From: Patescibacteria group bacterium
GTDB taxonomy: Bacteria > Patescibacteriota > Patescibacteriia > SG8-24 > DYFX01
Assembly (NCBI GenBank): GCA_030583805.1
Contig: CP129476.1
Span: 604,129-668,128, forward strand
Direction of reading: 5' to 3'
DNA: 64,000 nucleotides
In this document: piece by piece, positions 48,634-58,725 of the stretch
How positions within the stretch are numbered: the first letter of the stretch is position 1
How the letters are laid out: each line of letters opens with the position of its first letter
The notes under the pieces: generated by a model
The model's input: only the letters and a program-made list of their open reading frames with translations
Databases searched by the model: none
What the model was told of the DNA's origin: nothing
Program-made: the position numbers and the translations under genes

Positions 48634-50125
48634 TCTTCCACACCTCCGCTTCCGCATCCGCGTAGACCCGTTCAAAAGACGGGTCGTTTTTTATTGTCGT
48701 AAGAAACTTGTCGCGCTTCGGATCCACGAAGACGTACTGCGCTTCGAAATGGCTCTTGATCAGCGCGGCAGGTTCGCGGCGCCGTCCGTCGCCGATGTCG
48801 CGCCAGAGCCAGTAGTGCGACGGGTCGTTGCGATACAGGAACAGCGGATCCATGCCCGCGATGTACCGGTGCGCCGGATCGCGGTAGAACAAGAATGGAA
48901 AATCGTCCCACGAAGCGTGGAAGACGATCTCTCCCGGCGGCACGTGCGCTTGCATCCACGCACCCGCGCGCTCGAAACGTACGAACGGCACACGGCGCGC
49001 ATAGAGTTGATGCGCGTACCAAACGCCATGGATCGCCACGAACGCGAAGCACGCGAGGATGGCCGCAAGCAGCAGGTTGAACCGACGCCCCCACCAAGCG
49101 CGCAGGCGCGCAAACGCCTGTCGCGTATCGAGTTGCAACGCGTCGCCCAGAAGCGCGCCCGCAAAGAGCGCGAGCGGCAGGAAATATTCCTTGTGGCGCG
49201 CCTGTCTGAGCGCCATGAGCAGGAAAACGCAGGCGAGCGACGCCGCAAAGACGATGCTGCGACGCCGATCTTCCGGCACGGCGGGCGCCGGTTCCTTGCG
49301 CCAGATCATGAGCGACAGGTACGCGAATGAAGCAGCGAGAGCGAAAAAGACCGGAACGTTTTCGACAAGGAGCTGACTGATCTCCACAGGACTCCATTCG
49401 TTACCGACCTGCACGCCCGCATCACGGCTGCCAAGAACGGCGATCTGCACGATCTGTTCCCAATTGAATAAAAAGTTTTCCGGGAAGAACGGATTGAGCA
49501 CGAAGCCCGCCGCCAGGCCGCCCATGACGACAAAAAACGTCTTCGGATCTTTCCGTACGATCGCGTGCGCGAGAGCCGCGATTCCGAGGATCGGCCAGCT
49601 CCCGTGCAGCCACGCGTACGCGAAGGCGACGAAAAACAGCGCGAAGCGTTTCTTCATTTTCAAGAAACCGAGTCCGAGAAAAAATGCGACGAGCGCGAGC
49701 GCGGTCGCTTTGGTCAGAAGGAGACGGAAGAGGAACCCGGTCGAGACGAGAAGCGGCAGCGTCCAAAGCCACGGCCTCCGCACGCCGTAGGCGCCGAGCA
49801 TCCAGGCGAAGGCGGTCATCGCGAGCGCCGCAAAGACGATCGTGGCGATCTTCAAGCCGTAAAAATCTCCAAGGACGCTCAAAAATGGCATGAGCGCGAC
49901 GTGATACAAAAAATGTTGGTCGGCAAAGTGGCCGGAAAGCGTCGTGAACGGCAGCCACGTAAAATCGCGCACCGGACCGGACGCGATCATCTGCTTGGCA
50001 ATGGCCAGGTGATAGTAGGCGTCGGGGTCGCCGAAGCCCGGTACCGCATGAATCGCGGAGAAAACCGCCAAGGCCAGCAAGAATATCGCAAAAACGGGGT
50101 ATGTACGCATGGGCACAGTATACAT
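48620..50125 (-). CDS. polytopic membrane protein, GT-C-fold glycosyltransferase-like (PMT/ArnT-like)
   Basis: 501 aa, about 12 TM helices, N-terminal DPDAYYHLAIAKQM loop typical of GT-C family 39/83-like enzymes, C-terminal soluble domain. Confidence 0.55.
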   Translation of the reverse strand: MYTVPMRTYPVFAIFLLALAVFSAIHAVPGFGDPDAYYHLAIAKQMIASGPVRDFTWLPFTTLSGHFADQHFLYHVALMPFLSVLGDFYGLKIATIVFAALAMTAFAWMLGAYGVRRPWLWTLPLLVSTGFLFRLLLTKATALALVAFFLGLGFLKMKKRFALFFVAFAYAWLHGSWPILGIAALAHAIVRKDPKTFFVVMGGLAAGFVLNPFFPENFLFNWEQIVQIAVLGSRDAGVQVGNEWSPVEISQLLVENVPVFFALAASFAYLSLMIWRKEPAPAVPEDRRRSIVFAASLACVFLLMALRQARHKEYFLPLALFAGALLGDALQLDTRQAFARLRAWWGRRFNLLLAAILACFAFVAIHGVWYAHQLYARRVPFVRFERAGAWMQAHVPPGEIVFHASWDDFPFLFYRDPAHRYIAGMDPLFLYRNDPSHYWLWRDIGDGRRREPAALIKSHFEAQYVFVDPKRDKFLTTIKNDPSFERVYADAEAEVWKITAR

Positions 50126-50344
50126 CTTGCTTAGGGCGGTACCGCATGATATGGTCGAAGCAGCTCAACATTATCCGCCCGACCCTCCTGAACCGGTTGA
50201 GTACGAACGTTGCGCCCACCTATGCCACTTTGGTCCGCCATTCCGGTTGAAACGTCAGAATCCGCGCGCACACCAAGGAAAGCCTAAGCTTTCCCGTTTT
50301 TCGTACGCACAACAGAACGGTTCAGTAGGGCGGCATTTCATCGT

Positions 50345-51874
50345 ATGATCGCCACCTTTATTCTGCTCGGCCTGCTCGCGCTCGCCGTCGGCCTCGTGGC
50401 CGGCACCTTCGTCCAGAAGAAGCTCTCGGCCGATAAAATCGCGTCCGCCAACGCCCGCGCCGAAGAGACCGTGAACAACGCCCGCGCCAAAGCGCAGGAG
50501 ATCGAACTCCAGGCCAAGAAGAAGTCCGTCCAGATGCTCGACGAGGCCAAGCGCGACGAAGCGGAGCGCCGCAAGGAGTTGAACGCCTTCCAGCAACGCC
50601 TCGAGAAGCGCGAATCCTTGTTCGACAAGCAGCTGCTCGAACTTCAGGAAAAGAACAAGAAGAGCGACGACCGCGCCAAGGAACTCGAGGCTGCCAAGCT
50701 CGACATCGACCAACTCAAGGCCGACATCCGCACGCGTCTCGAAAAAGTCGCCGAACTCCCGCGCGAAGCCGCGAAGGAGCAGCTCTTCAAGGCGGTTGAA
50801 GAGGAAGCGCAGGACGAAATCCTTTCCCGCATCCGCAAAATCGAGCGCGCCGGCACCGAGGAGTACGAAGTGAAAGCGCGCAACATCCTGTCGACCGTCA
50901 TTTCGCGCGTCGCCTCTTCGCACTGCGCCGAAACCACGACGACCCAGGTCCAGCTCCCGAGCGACGACATGAAGGGCCGCATCATCGGCAAAGAAGGCCG
51001 CAACATCAAATCGCTTGAAACCCTGACGGGCACCGAAATCATCGTCGACGACACGCCGAACGTCATTACCGTCTCAGGCTTCTCCCCCATCCGCCGCCAG
51101 GTCGCGCGCCTCGCGCTCGAGTCGCTCATCAAGGACGGCCGCATCCAGCCGACCAAGATCGAAGAAGCGATCGAGGAAGCCAAGCGCACGCTCGCGCTCG
51201 ACATCAAGAAGGCCGGCGAAGACGCGATGATCGAATGCGGCATCCCGCTCGGTTCCGTCGATCCGAAGCTGATCTCGATTCTCGGCCGCCTGAAGTACCG
51301 CACCTCCTACGGCCAGAACGTGCTGCGCCACTCGATCGAAGTCGCCTTGATCGGCAACTACCTCGGCAAGGAACTCGGCGCCAACGCGCAGGAACTCTTG
51401 AAGGGCGGCCTCTTCCACGACATCGGCAAGGCCGTCGACCACGACGTCCCCGGCGCGCACCCGGAGATCGGCTACAACATCATGAAGAAGTTCGGCTTCC
51501 CCGAAGAAGTCGCCTACCACTCGCTCTCGCACCACGAGGACAAGCCGCGCAACGTCGAAGGCTACATCTGCAAAGCCGCCGACGCGATCTCGGGTTCCCG
51601 CCCGGGCGCGCGCAAGGACACGCTTGAGAACTACGTCCGCCGCCTCGAGGACCTCGAGAAGGTCGCGACCTCCTTCCCCGCCGTCGAGCACGCCTACGCC
51701 ATCCAAGCCGGCCGCGAAATGCGCGTGTTCGTTTCGCCGCAAAAAATCGACGACTTGGGCGCTTGGCAGCTCGCCAAGGACATCGCCAAAAAGTGCGAGC
51801 AAGAACTCCAGTACCCCGGCGAAATCAAGATCAACGTCATCCGCGAAATGCGGGCGATCGAATACGCACGCTGA
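50345..51874 (+). CDS. rny: ribonuclease Y
   Basis: N-terminal TM, coiled-coil, KH domain (IIGKEGRNIKSLE), HD domain (HSIEVALIGNYL...HDIGK). Confidence 0.9.
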   Translation: MIATFILLGLLALAVGLVAGTFVQKKLSADKIASANARAEETVNNARAKAQEIELQAKKKSVQMLDEAKRDEAERRKELNAFQQRLEKRESLFDKQLLELQEKNKKSDDRAKELEAAKLDIDQLKADIRTRLEKVAELPREAAKEQLFKAVEEEAQDEILSRIRKIERAGTEEYEVKARNILSTVISRVASSHCAETTTTQVQLPSDDMKGRIIGKEGRNIKSLETLTGTEIIVDDTPNVITVSGFSPIRRQVARLALESLIKDGRIQPTKIEEAIEEAKRTLALDIKKAGEDAMIECGIPLGSVDPKLISILGRLKYRTSYGQNVLRHSIEVALIGNYLGKELGANAQELLKGGLFHDIGKAVDHDVPGAHPEIGYNIMKKFGFPEEVAYHSLSHHEDKPRNVEGYICKAADAISGSRPGARKDTLENYVRRLEDLEKVATSFPAVEHAYAIQAGREMRVFVSPQKIDDLGAWQLAKDIAKKCEQELQYPGEIKINVIREMRAIEYAR

Positions 51875-52674
51875 TGCTTACCGTACTTCTCTTCGGCGAC
51901 GTCGTCGGCAAAATCGGCCGAACGGCGCTTCTCAAAGCACTCCCGAGCTTGAAAGCCGAGTACAAGCCTGACCTCACCATCGTCAACGCCGAAAACCTCG
52001 CGCACGGCAAAGGCGTCACCAAGTCGATCATCGCGGAACTCAAGGACGGCGGCGTCGACTTCTTCACGTCCGGCAACCACATCTTCGCCAACCCGAAAGG
52101 CGTGCACGACGTGTGGGACGACCCGGAGCTCGGCAATCTTCTCATTCGGCCCGCCAACTTTCCCGATGGCACGGCCGGCGTCGGCGAAAGCGTGCTCGAT
52201 CTTGGCGGCAAAAAAGTGCTGGTGGTAAACTTGATCTGCCAGGTCTTCATGCGCGAGCCGTACGGCAACGCGTTCGAAGCGATGGAAGCGATTCTCGAGC
52301 GGCACAAAGGCGAGAAGCTCGACGCGATCATCGTCGACCTGCACGGCGAAGCCAGCTCGGAGCGCATTGCCTTCGGCTTCCACTTCGACGGCCGCGTTTC
52401 CTCGGTCACCGGCACGCACACCCACGTCCCGACCGCCGACGCGCGAATCCTTCCCAAGAAGACGGCGTATCTCACCGACATCGGCATGACCGGCGCGCGC
52501 GTCTCCGTTCTCGGCGTGAAACCCGAAGGCCCGATCAGCCGGTTTGTTCCGGGCGAAGCGATCCCCTTCGAGATTCCCGAGGAAGGCGCCGTCGACCTGA
52601 ACGCTGTCCTGATCACGATCAACGACGACGGCACGGCCGAACGCATCCAACAGATTCAAAAGATCATCGAGTAA
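51874..52674 (+). CDS. ymdB: YmdB-like metallophosphoesterase (2',3'-cyclic-nucleotide phosphodiesterase)
   Basis: MLTVLLFGDVVGKIGR...NAENLAHGKG...GNHIF. ATG overlaps the rny TGA (TGATG). Conserved rny-ymdB pairing. Confidence 0.8.
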   Translation: MLTVLLFGDVVGKIGRTALLKALPSLKAEYKPDLTIVNAENLAHGKGVTKSIIAELKDGGVDFFTSGNHIFANPKGVHDVWDDPELGNLLIRPANFPDGTAGVGESVLDLGGKKVLVVNLICQVFMREPYGNAFEAMEAILERHKGEKLDAIIVDLHGEASSERIAFGFHFDGRVSSVTGTHTHVPTADARILPKKTAYLTDIGMTGARVSVLGVKPEGPISRFVPGEAIPFEIPEEGAVDLNAVLITINDDGTAERIQQIQKIIE

Positions 52675-52678
52675 CCAT

Positions 52679-52963
52679 ATGAACAAAGCAGAACTGGCGG
52701 TGAAGCTCGCGGAGAGAATGGAACTTCCGAAAAAGCGCGGCGAGGAAGTCATCGAAGCCCTGACCGACCTGATCATCCAAGAACTCAAGAACGGCGGCGA
52801 AGTCACGATCGCGGGCTTCGGAGCCTTCTCCGCCCGCACCCGCGCCTCGCGCATGGGCGTGAACCCGCAGAAGCCGACGGAAAAAATCACGATTCCCGAA
52901 GTGAAGGTGCCGAAGTTCAAAGCCGGCAAGACGCTCAAGGATTCGTTGAAAGGAAAGGCGTAA
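52679..52963 (+). CDS. hup: DNA-binding protein HU/IHF family
   Basis: 94 aa, MNKAELAVKLAE...GFGAFSARTRASRMGVNPQKPTEKITIPE. Confidence 0.85.
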   Translation: MNKAELAVKLAERMELPKKRGEEVIEALTDLIIQELKNGGEVTIAGFGAFSARTRASRMGVNPQKPTEKITIPEVKVPKFKAGKTLKDSLKGKA

Positions 52964-52966
52964 AAG

Positions 52967-53030
52967 AAAAGCGACGGCGAGAGCCGTCGTTTGCGTTTCC
53001 GGACTCCCCGCTCTCAAGAGCGGGGTTTAC
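52967..53030 (+). terminator. two tandem hairpins (GCGACGGC-gaga-GCCGTCG ; CCCCGCTCT-caag-AGCGGGG) after hup
   Basis: Read from the sequence, followed by T-rich tracts. Confidence 0.5.
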
Positions 53031-53331
53031 GTTCCTGTGCGGCGGCGTCTTCCGCGCGCTTGGCTTCGAGCCGCATGCGCCAGAAGGCGGTGTTGCGCTT
53101 GCGGCGCGCACGCGTCGCCAAGCGGCGCGCCTCGCGTTCCGTTTCCGTGACGCGCTCGTTGCGATCGATCACCTTGAGGAAGCAGAACAGGGTCAGGCTC
53201 ATCATGCCGAAACAGGCGGCCCAGCCCTGGCTGACGTGCGTCCACAAAAGCTGAAAAACGACCAGGAGCGACAGGAGAAACAGCGCCGGACGCGCCCAAC
53301 CCGTGAAAATCCAAACAGCGAATCGTTGCAC
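53014..53331 (-). CDS. possible small membrane protein
   Basis: Two hydrophobic segments. The 3' end overlaps the hup terminator hairpins, so it may be spurious. Confidence 0.25.
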   Translation of the reverse strand: MQRFAVWIFTGWARPALFLLSLLVVFQLLWTHVSQGWAACFGMMSLTLFCFLKVIDRNERVTETEREARRLATRARRKRNTAFWRMRLEAKRAEDAAAQERKPRS

Positions 53332-53358
53332 GGTTGACCTCCTCCGAACGGTTTGGGC

Positions 53359-54627
53359 TTACGCCTTCAGCCACTCCACCACGAGAGCGGCCAAGCGATC
53401 AAGGGGAACGGATTCCGCGTCGGCTGTGCCGCGCTCCTTCCATTCGACGGCATTGGCCGCGAGGGTCTTTTCGGAAATGACGAGGCGGAGCGGAATGCCG
53501 ATCAAATCGGCGTCGGCGAACTTCTCGCCCGCGCCCTTGTCGCGATCGTCGACCAGCACTTCAACGCGCTGCGCCGCGAGGTCGCGTTCGATCGTCGAAA
53601 CGGCGGCGTCGATCAGCTTCTGGGTTTCTTCGTCTTTCGATTTGAGCGCCACGACATGCACGTCGAACGGCGCCACGCTCTTCGGCCAGACGATGCCCTT
53701 GGCGTCGTTGTAGGCTTCAACGATCGCGCCGACGAGACGCGAGGTGCCGATGCCGTAGCAGCCCATGAGGACGCGCTCCTGCTTGCCTTCGTCGTTCATG
53801 AAGTTGAAATCGAAGGCGTCGGTGTATTTGGTGCCGAGGTCGAAGATGTTGCCGACCTCGATTCCCTTCATCTTCTTCAGCGTGCCGCCGCAGGACGGGC
53901 AGGCGTCGCCTTCCTTCAAGGTAGCGATCTCGCTGTTCTGGCCGAACGAGCACTTCTCGCAAGCGATCAGCGCGTCTTCGCCCGACTCGGTCAAAGCCTG
54001 GAACTCATGCGAAACTTTGCTCGTGAAAATGCCACCCGAAGCCTGCACGACTTTCACGTCGAGGCCGCAGCGCGCAAAGACTTTGACGTAGGCTTCCAAG
54101 GCGCGGGCGTAGAACGCCTCGAGATCGGCCTGGTTCGTGTGGAAGCTGTACATGTCCTTCATGCGGAACTCGCGGCCGCGCAGGACGCCCGACTTGGCGC
54201 GCAGCTCGTCGCGGAACTTGGTGTTGATCTGGTAGACGGCAAACGGCAACTCTTTGTACGAACGCGTGAACTTCTGCGCGAGCGGCGTGACGACTTCCTC
54301 GTGCGTGCAACCGAGCGCGTATTCCTTTTCCGTCTGCGATTTCAATTTGAAAAGCACGTCGACGCCTTCCCAGCGCCCGGTCGTTTCCCAGTATTCCTTC
54401 GGCTGGAGCGACGGCATGAAAACTTCCTGGGCGCCGAGCGCGTTCATTTCCTCGCGCACGATCTGCTCGACTTTGCGCAGCACCGAAAGCCCGAGCGGCA
54501 GCCACGAATAGACGCCGGCCATGACGTGCTCGACGAAGCCGCCCTGTTCGAGCAGGCGGGCGTTCGGCGAATCGGCATCCGACGGGGCGTTTTTGGAAGT
54601 TTTTCCGAAGAGTTGGCTGTAGCGCAT
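53359..54627 (-). CDS. proS: prolyl-tRNA synthetase, bacterial-like, lacking the INS editing domain
   Basis: 422 aa, class II motifs (FRDELRAKSGVLRGREF, GCYGIGTSRLV), C-terminal anticodon-binding domain. No insertion between motifs 2 and 3. Confidence 0.9.
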   Translation of the reverse strand: MRYSQLFGKTSKNAPSDADSPNARLLEQGGFVEHVMAGVYSWLPLGLSVLRKVEQIVREEMNALGAQEVFMPSLQPKEYWETTGRWEGVDVLFKLKSQTEKEYALGCTHEEVVTPLAQKFTRSYKELPFAVYQINTKFRDELRAKSGVLRGREFRMKDMYSFHTNQADLEAFYARALEAYVKVFARCGLDVKVVQASGGIFTSKVSHEFQALTESGEDALIACEKCSFGQNSEIATLKEGDACPSCGGTLKKMKGIEVGNIFDLGTKYTDAFDFNFMNDEGKQERVLMGCYGIGTSRLVGAIVEAYNDAKGIVWPKSVAPFDVHVVALKSKDEETQKLIDAAVSTIERDLAAQRVEVLVDDRDKGAGEKFADADLIGIPLRLVISEKTLAANAVEWKERGTADAESVPLDRLAALVVEWLKA

Positions 54628-54639
54628 AGTAGGCTCAGC

Positions 54640-54668
54640 TTAGCCTTGGAGAACGGTCAGGTCAAGAA
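54640..54668 (-). promoter_or_regulatory. sigma70-like promoter TTGACC-N17-TAAGCT upstream of proS
   Basis: On the minus strand, just after a GACCCCG...CGGGGTC terminator hairpin (54668-54690). Confidence 0.35.
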
Positions 54669-54690
54669 AAAAGACCCCGGCGAGACGGGG

Positions 54691-55272
54691 TCAGGAAACG
54701 CGATCCGCGATGTCGGGCGTAAACGTGATCTTGGGCTGGTACCGTTCGAGCCTGTCGCCCATCCACCAGCCGGCCATCCGGTAGCCTTCGCCGAAGCAGG
54801 GGCCGCGCAGGCAGCCGAGAAACCCACCGTCGACGGCGGACTTCCAGCGCTGAGGATACGTGTCAACCTCCGGTCCGTCCGCGCAGACCTTCACCATCTG
54901 TCCGGGCACGATCGCGTGACCGCAGTCGCAGCAACGCCTCGTGACTTCGAGAAGTTTCGCGAGTATGCAGGAGCCGCATGCCTCCCCTGCCCGCCAGCCG
55001 CGCTTGTCGTACAAGGTCCGGCCCCACAGATTGATCCTGAAGCGCACGTGATCAACGTGGCCGCAGCGATGCCGCGCGCGACGCCCTCTCAGGTCATAGA
55101 CCCGGCAGGATTCCGTCGCCAGTACCGCGTCCTCTTCCTCGGCCCTCTGTTCCTGCGCCGCTTCCTGCCAGGAAGGCCAGACGAGGAAACGGAACGCGAG
55201 CGCGGCGACAACGAAAGCGACGAGCGCCACCGTGAGCGTGATAACGGGATCGAACATGCGTACCTCCTGCAC
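54691..55272 (-). CDS. TM-anchored Cys-rich hypothetical protein (paralog of the 60143-60820 product)
   Basis: N-terminal TM, then CGSCILAKLLEVTRRCCDCGHAIVPG and other Cys pairs. Start at 55272 or 55257. Confidence 0.5.
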   Translation of the reverse strand: MQEVRMFDPVITLTVALVAFVVAALAFRFLVWPSWQEAAQEQRAEEEDAVLATESCRVYDLRGRRARHRCGHVDHVRFRINLWGRTLYDKRGWRAGEACGSCILAKLLEVTRRCCDCGHAIVPGQMVKVCADGPEVDTYPQRWKSAVDGGFLGCLRGPCFGEGYRMAGWWMGDRLERYQPKITFTPDIADRVS

Positions 55273-55316
55273 ACAGGAGAAACGAAAACGGCGCCCGTGT
55301 CAAGGCGCCGTCTTCG

Positions 55317-57122
55317 TTATTTTCCCGCCGCGCGCTTTCGGACGTTGGAGTCCAAAATCGTTTTGCGGATGCGGATGTTTTTCGGGGTGATTTCGACGAG
55401 CTCGTCGTCGCCGATGTATTCGATGGCGTCTTCGAGACCCATGATGTGCGGCACATCGAGCGCCTCGGCCACGCCGTCGCCCTTCGAACGCATGTTCGAG
55501 AGCTGCTTCAGCTTGCAGACGTTGACCTCGAGATCTTCCGGTTTGGCCGTCTCGCCGACGACCATGCCGGCGTAGACCTCGACGGACGGGCCGATGAACA
55601 TCTGGCCGCGTTCCTGGGCGCCGAGCAGACCGTAGTTGGTGGTCGTGCCCGTTTCGAAGGCGATGAGCGAGCCGTGCGGCATGTTCGAGAACTCGCCGCG
55701 ATATTCCTCGTAACCCTTAAGCAGGCTGTTCATGAGGCCGAGACCGCGCGTGTCCGTCATGAACTCGCTGCGGTAACCGATGAGGCCGCGCGTCGGAATT
55801 TCGAACTCGAGGAAGGCGGTCGGACCTTCGACTTTCATGTCTTTCATTTCGCCGCGGCGCTGACCGAGCTTCTGAATGACGGCGCCGGAGTGCTCTTCAG
55901 GGCACTCGATGGCGAGCTGCTCGATCGGTTCGAGCTTCTTGCCGCCCTCTTCCTTGAAAATGACTTGCGGGCGGGAGACTTCGAGCTCATACCCTTCGCG
56001 ACGCATTTTTTCGATGAGGATCGCGAGGTGGAGTTCGCCGCGGCCGGAAACGACCCAGCGGCTTTCGACGTCGGTGGAAGCGACTTTCAACGCGACGTCC
56101 GTTTCGAGCTCGCGGTCGAGGCGTTCCTTGATTTGGCGCGAGGTCGTGAATTGGCCTTCCTGGCCGGCGAAGGGCGACGTGTTCACGCCGAACGTCATTT
56201 TGACGGTCGGTTCTTCGATGTCGATGGTCGGGAGCGGGCGCGGGTCGTTCAGATCGGTGATCGTTTCGCCGATCGAAACGCCGTCGATACCGGAGACAGC
56301 GCAAATGTCGCCGGCTTCGGCGCTTTCAATGTCGACGCGGTTCATGCCGACGTAGCCCATGAGGCTCACGATCTTCGCTTTCTTGCGAGCGCCCGTGCGG
56401 TCGATGTGCAGCACGTCCATGTTCTTCTTGAGCGTGCCGGAATACAAACGGCCGACAGCGATCTTGCCCTTGAAGTTGTCGTAGGCGAGGTTGACCGTCA
56501 GGAACTGGAGCGGCGCGTCCGCGTCGATCTTCGGAGCCGGGATGATTTCGAGAATCTTCTCAAAAAGCGGCTCGATGTCTTTCATCTCTTCGAGCTTCTC
56601 CGTCATGCCGGCCTTGCCCTGCACGCCGGAGGCGTAGACGATCGGGAAATCCAGCTGCTGGTCGTTGGCGCCGAGCTCGACGAACAAATCGAACGTCTTG
56701 TTGACCGTCCATTCGGTGCGGGCGCCGGGCTTGTCGATTTTATTGATGACGACGATCGCCTTGTGGCCGGCCTGGATGGCTTTGCGCAGCACGAACTTCG
56801 TCTGCGGCATCGGGCCTTCCTTGGCGTCGACGACCAAAAGCACGCCGTCGACCATGCGCATGATGCGCTCCACTTCGCCGCCGAAGTCGGCGTGCCCGGG
56901 GGTGTCGATGATGTTGATTTTCGCATCCTTGTACTGGACCGAGGCGTTCTTCGAGAAAATGGTGATGCCGCGCTCGCGTTCCAAGTCGTTCGAGTCCATC
57001 ATGAGCTCCGTGACGGCGTCGGATTTCTGCTTGAAATTGAAAGACTGCTTCAGCAAAGCGTCCACGAGCGTGGTTTTGCCGTGGTCGACGTGGGCGATGA
57101 TGGCGATGTTGCGGATGTCCAT
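55317..57122 (-). CDS. typA: translational GTPase TypA/BipA
   Basis: 601 aa, [27 protein letters not shown]-like domains without domain IV. Confidence 0.9.
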   Translation of the reverse strand: MDIRNIAIIAHVDHGKTTLVDALLKQSFNFKQKSDAVTELMMDSNDLERERGITIFSKNASVQYKDAKINIIDTPGHADFGGEVERIMRMVDGVLLVVDAKEGPMPQTKFVLRKAIQAGHKAIVVINKIDKPGARTEWTVNKTFDLFVELGANDQQLDFPIVYASGVQGKAGMTEKLEEMKDIEPLFEKILEIIPAPKIDADAPLQFLTVNLAYDNFKGKIAVGRLYSGTLKKNMDVLHIDRTGARKKAKIVSLMGYVGMNRVDIESAEAGDICAVSGIDGVSIGETITDLNDPRPLPTIDIEEPTVKMTFGVNTSPFAGQEGQFTTSRQIKERLDRELETDVALKVASTDVESRWVVSGRGELHLAILIEKMRREGYELEVSRPQVIFKEEGGKKLEPIEQLAIECPEEHSGAVIQKLGQRRGEMKDMKVEGPTAFLEFEIPTRGLIGYRSEFMTDTRGLGLMNSLLKGYEEYRGEFSNMPHGSLIAFETGTTTNYGLLGAQERGQMFIGPSVEVYAGMVVGETAKPEDLEVNVCKLKQLSNMRSKGDGVAEALDVPHIMGLEDAIEYIGDDELVEITPKNIRIRKTILDSNVRKRAAGK

Positions 57123-57161
57123 AAAAAATAACCGACGGAGTCGGAGTTCAATCGTGGGCAG

Positions 57162-57190
57162 ATCCTACCTTTTTTTGCCCGTACTGTCAA
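57162..57190 (-). promoter_or_regulatory. sigma70-like promoter TTGACA-N17-TAGGAT upstream of typA
   Basis: On the minus strand, just after the dut terminator hairpin. Confidence 0.4.
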
Positions 57191-57220
57191 GAAAAAACCG
57201 GAAAGGGTCACTTTCCGGTG
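57191..57220 (-). terminator. hairpin CCGGAAAG-tgaccc-TTTCCGG plus T6 on the minus strand
   Basis: Overlaps the last codons of dut. Confidence 0.5.
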
Positions 57221-57681
57221 GAGCCGTAGCGGTCGGCGCCGCGGGCGGTCTCGGGCAGGGCGTCGACGTCGGAGGTCTCGGGGACGATGAGTCGGTAGAG
57301 CACGAGCTGCACCAGGGACTCCCCCGCCGGAACGACGACCTTCCGGCGGCCGCGGTTGCGGAAGCGCGGGTCGAGCGGGCCGGTGTAGCCGTTGTCGATC
57401 GGTGCCGAGCAGAGCTCGAGCGTCGGGTAGCGCAGGTAGAGACTGCTGCGCGGCTCGATCCGGGCGAAGCAGCCCTTCGGCAGTTTCACGCGGATGCCGG
57501 TCGGCAGATCGACGGGCGGGCGCAGGCCGGGCGGAATGACGGTCTCTTCGATGCAGTAGAGGTTGTATCCGGCGTCCCCATCCTTTGAAGGACGGAACTC
57601 CGGCTGCAGCGCCTTGGCGCGCGGATCGCGGAGAATCTGGAGCAGCTCCTCCAGATCCGAAGGCGTCTCGGATGCGGACAT
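57208..57681 (-). CDS. dut: dUTP diphosphatase
   Basis: dUTPase motifs in order: DAGYNL (AGYDL), EPRSSL (PRSGL), IDNGYTG (ID.DYRG), RGADRYGSTG (RG..GFGSTG). Confidence 0.75.
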   Translation of the reverse strand: MSASETPSDLEELLQILRDPRAKALQPEFRPSKDGDAGYNLYCIEETVIPPGLRPPVDLPTGIRVKLPKGCFARIEPRSSLYLRYPTLELCSAPIDNGYTGPLDPRFRNRGRRKVVVPAGESLVQLVLYRLIVPETSDVDALPETARGADRYGSTGK

Positions 57682-57758
57682 GGGCTCCTCCTAGTAAGAA
57701 CCGGCACAATCTTAGCACAAGGAAAAAGGGTGATATCCACAGATAAAAAACACCGCTC

Positions 57759-58379
57759 TCAGGCGGTGAAAACGAAGTCGATGCCGATCAGGTCGCGGAG
57801 CAGCTGGAAGAGCGCGGATTCGGAAGCGTAGCTCTCGCGGAGGGTGCTCATGGCGGCGCGAAAATTGCGGGGATCGAGAATCGTCTCGCACAGGAACGGC
57901 TCGATGTCCTCGTCGCGGATGCAGAATGCCAGGAGATCGGAGCCGAGCGGCGACGGAAAGGAGCAGTTCTCATGTCCGGGGTAGGACGTGTGCAAGCCGA
58001 TCAGATACGTCAGTGCGCCGAGCGCGATGCGCGTCGTCGTCACGACGTGGTGATGCACGATGAAGACTTCCCGCAACCCGCGTTCCGGCACGTAGGACGG
58101 ATCGATGACGCGACCGGCTTCGATCTGGGCGAGCGCTTGCGCATAGCGATCGTGATCCGCCTGCGTGTACACGCCCCATTCATGCCGACCGCCCCCTTCG
58201 TCATACGTGACGTTCGGGCTGCCGATCGGCCCCGGCTCATGCAACTTGCTGGGATCGCCCGGAGCGCGCACGCCGGCACGCACGAGCGGCGCTAGGATCG
58301 CTTCCATGATCGGACGAAGCTTCGCTTCGAGCATCCGTTGCGCCTCGAGCGCGCGCGTGAGGTCTTGCGTGTCGGGCAT
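57759..58379 (-). CDS. hypothetical protein, about 206 aa
   Basis: Start MPDTQDLTRALEAQRM (ATG 58379). No motif recognised. Confidence 0.45.
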   Translation of the reverse strand: MPDTQDLTRALEAQRMLEAKLRPIMEAILAPLVRAGVRAPGDPSKLHEPGPIGSPNVTYDEGGGRHEWGVYTQADHDRYAQALAQIEAGRVIDPSYVPERGLREVFIVHHHVVTTTRIALGALTYLIGLHTSYPGHENCSFPSPLGSDLLAFCIRDEDIEPFLCETILDPRNFRAAMSTLRESYASESALFQLLRDLIGIDFVFTA

Positions 58380-58420
58380 GGCGATCTCCAAGGAACGTGT
58401 TTGGCCAGTAAAGCACGCGC

Positions 58421-58452
58421 AACAAAAAATCTCCACATCCGTGGAGATTTTT
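58421..58452. terminator. bidirectional hairpin ATCTCCAC-atcc-GTGGAGAT with A6 before and T7 after
   Basis: Between the 57759 gene start region and tRNA-Lys. Confidence 0.5.
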
Positions 58453-58528
58453 TGGTGCGTCGGCTGGGGGTCGAACCCAGGACCTTAGGCTTAAGAGGCC
58501 TCTGCTCTACCGGCTGAGCTACCGACGC
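58453..58528 (-). tRNA. tRNA-Lys, anticodon CUU, CCA encoded
   Basis: Reverse complement GCGUCGGUAGCUCAGCCGGUAGAGCAGAGGCCUCUUAAGCCUAAGGUCCUGGGUUCGACCCCCAGCCGACGCACCA, cloverleaf folded by hand. Confidence 0.85.
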
Positions 58529-58583
58529 GCGGACTTTTCTACAGACAGGATGCTACACGGATCTCTTCAGGAAATCAAGACCC

Positions 58584-58658
58584 TGGTGCGGGCGAAGGGA
58601 ATCGAACCCCTATCACTGGTTCCGAAGACCAGCGCTCTATCCGTTGAGCTACGCCCGC
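58584..58658 (-). tRNA. tRNA-Arg, anticodon UCG, CCA encoded
   Basis: Reverse complement GCGGGCGUAGCUCAACGGAUAGAGCGCUGGUCUUCGGAACCAGUGAUAGGGGUUCGAUUCCCUUCGCCCGCACCA, anticodon loop CUUCGGA. Confidence 0.85.
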
Positions 58659-58725
58659 GAGCCCTGCCAGCGTAGTCGAAACGGCCTTTTTTTTCAAGCA
58701 TAAAAGAAAATCCCCGCGACCAAGG

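Noticed and set aside
53014-53331. 105-aa minus-strand small membrane ORF as a confident gene
   Set aside because: It was kept only as a low-confidence feature because its last codons are encoded by the hup terminator hairpins, and the reading frame could be fortuitous in GC-rich DNA.
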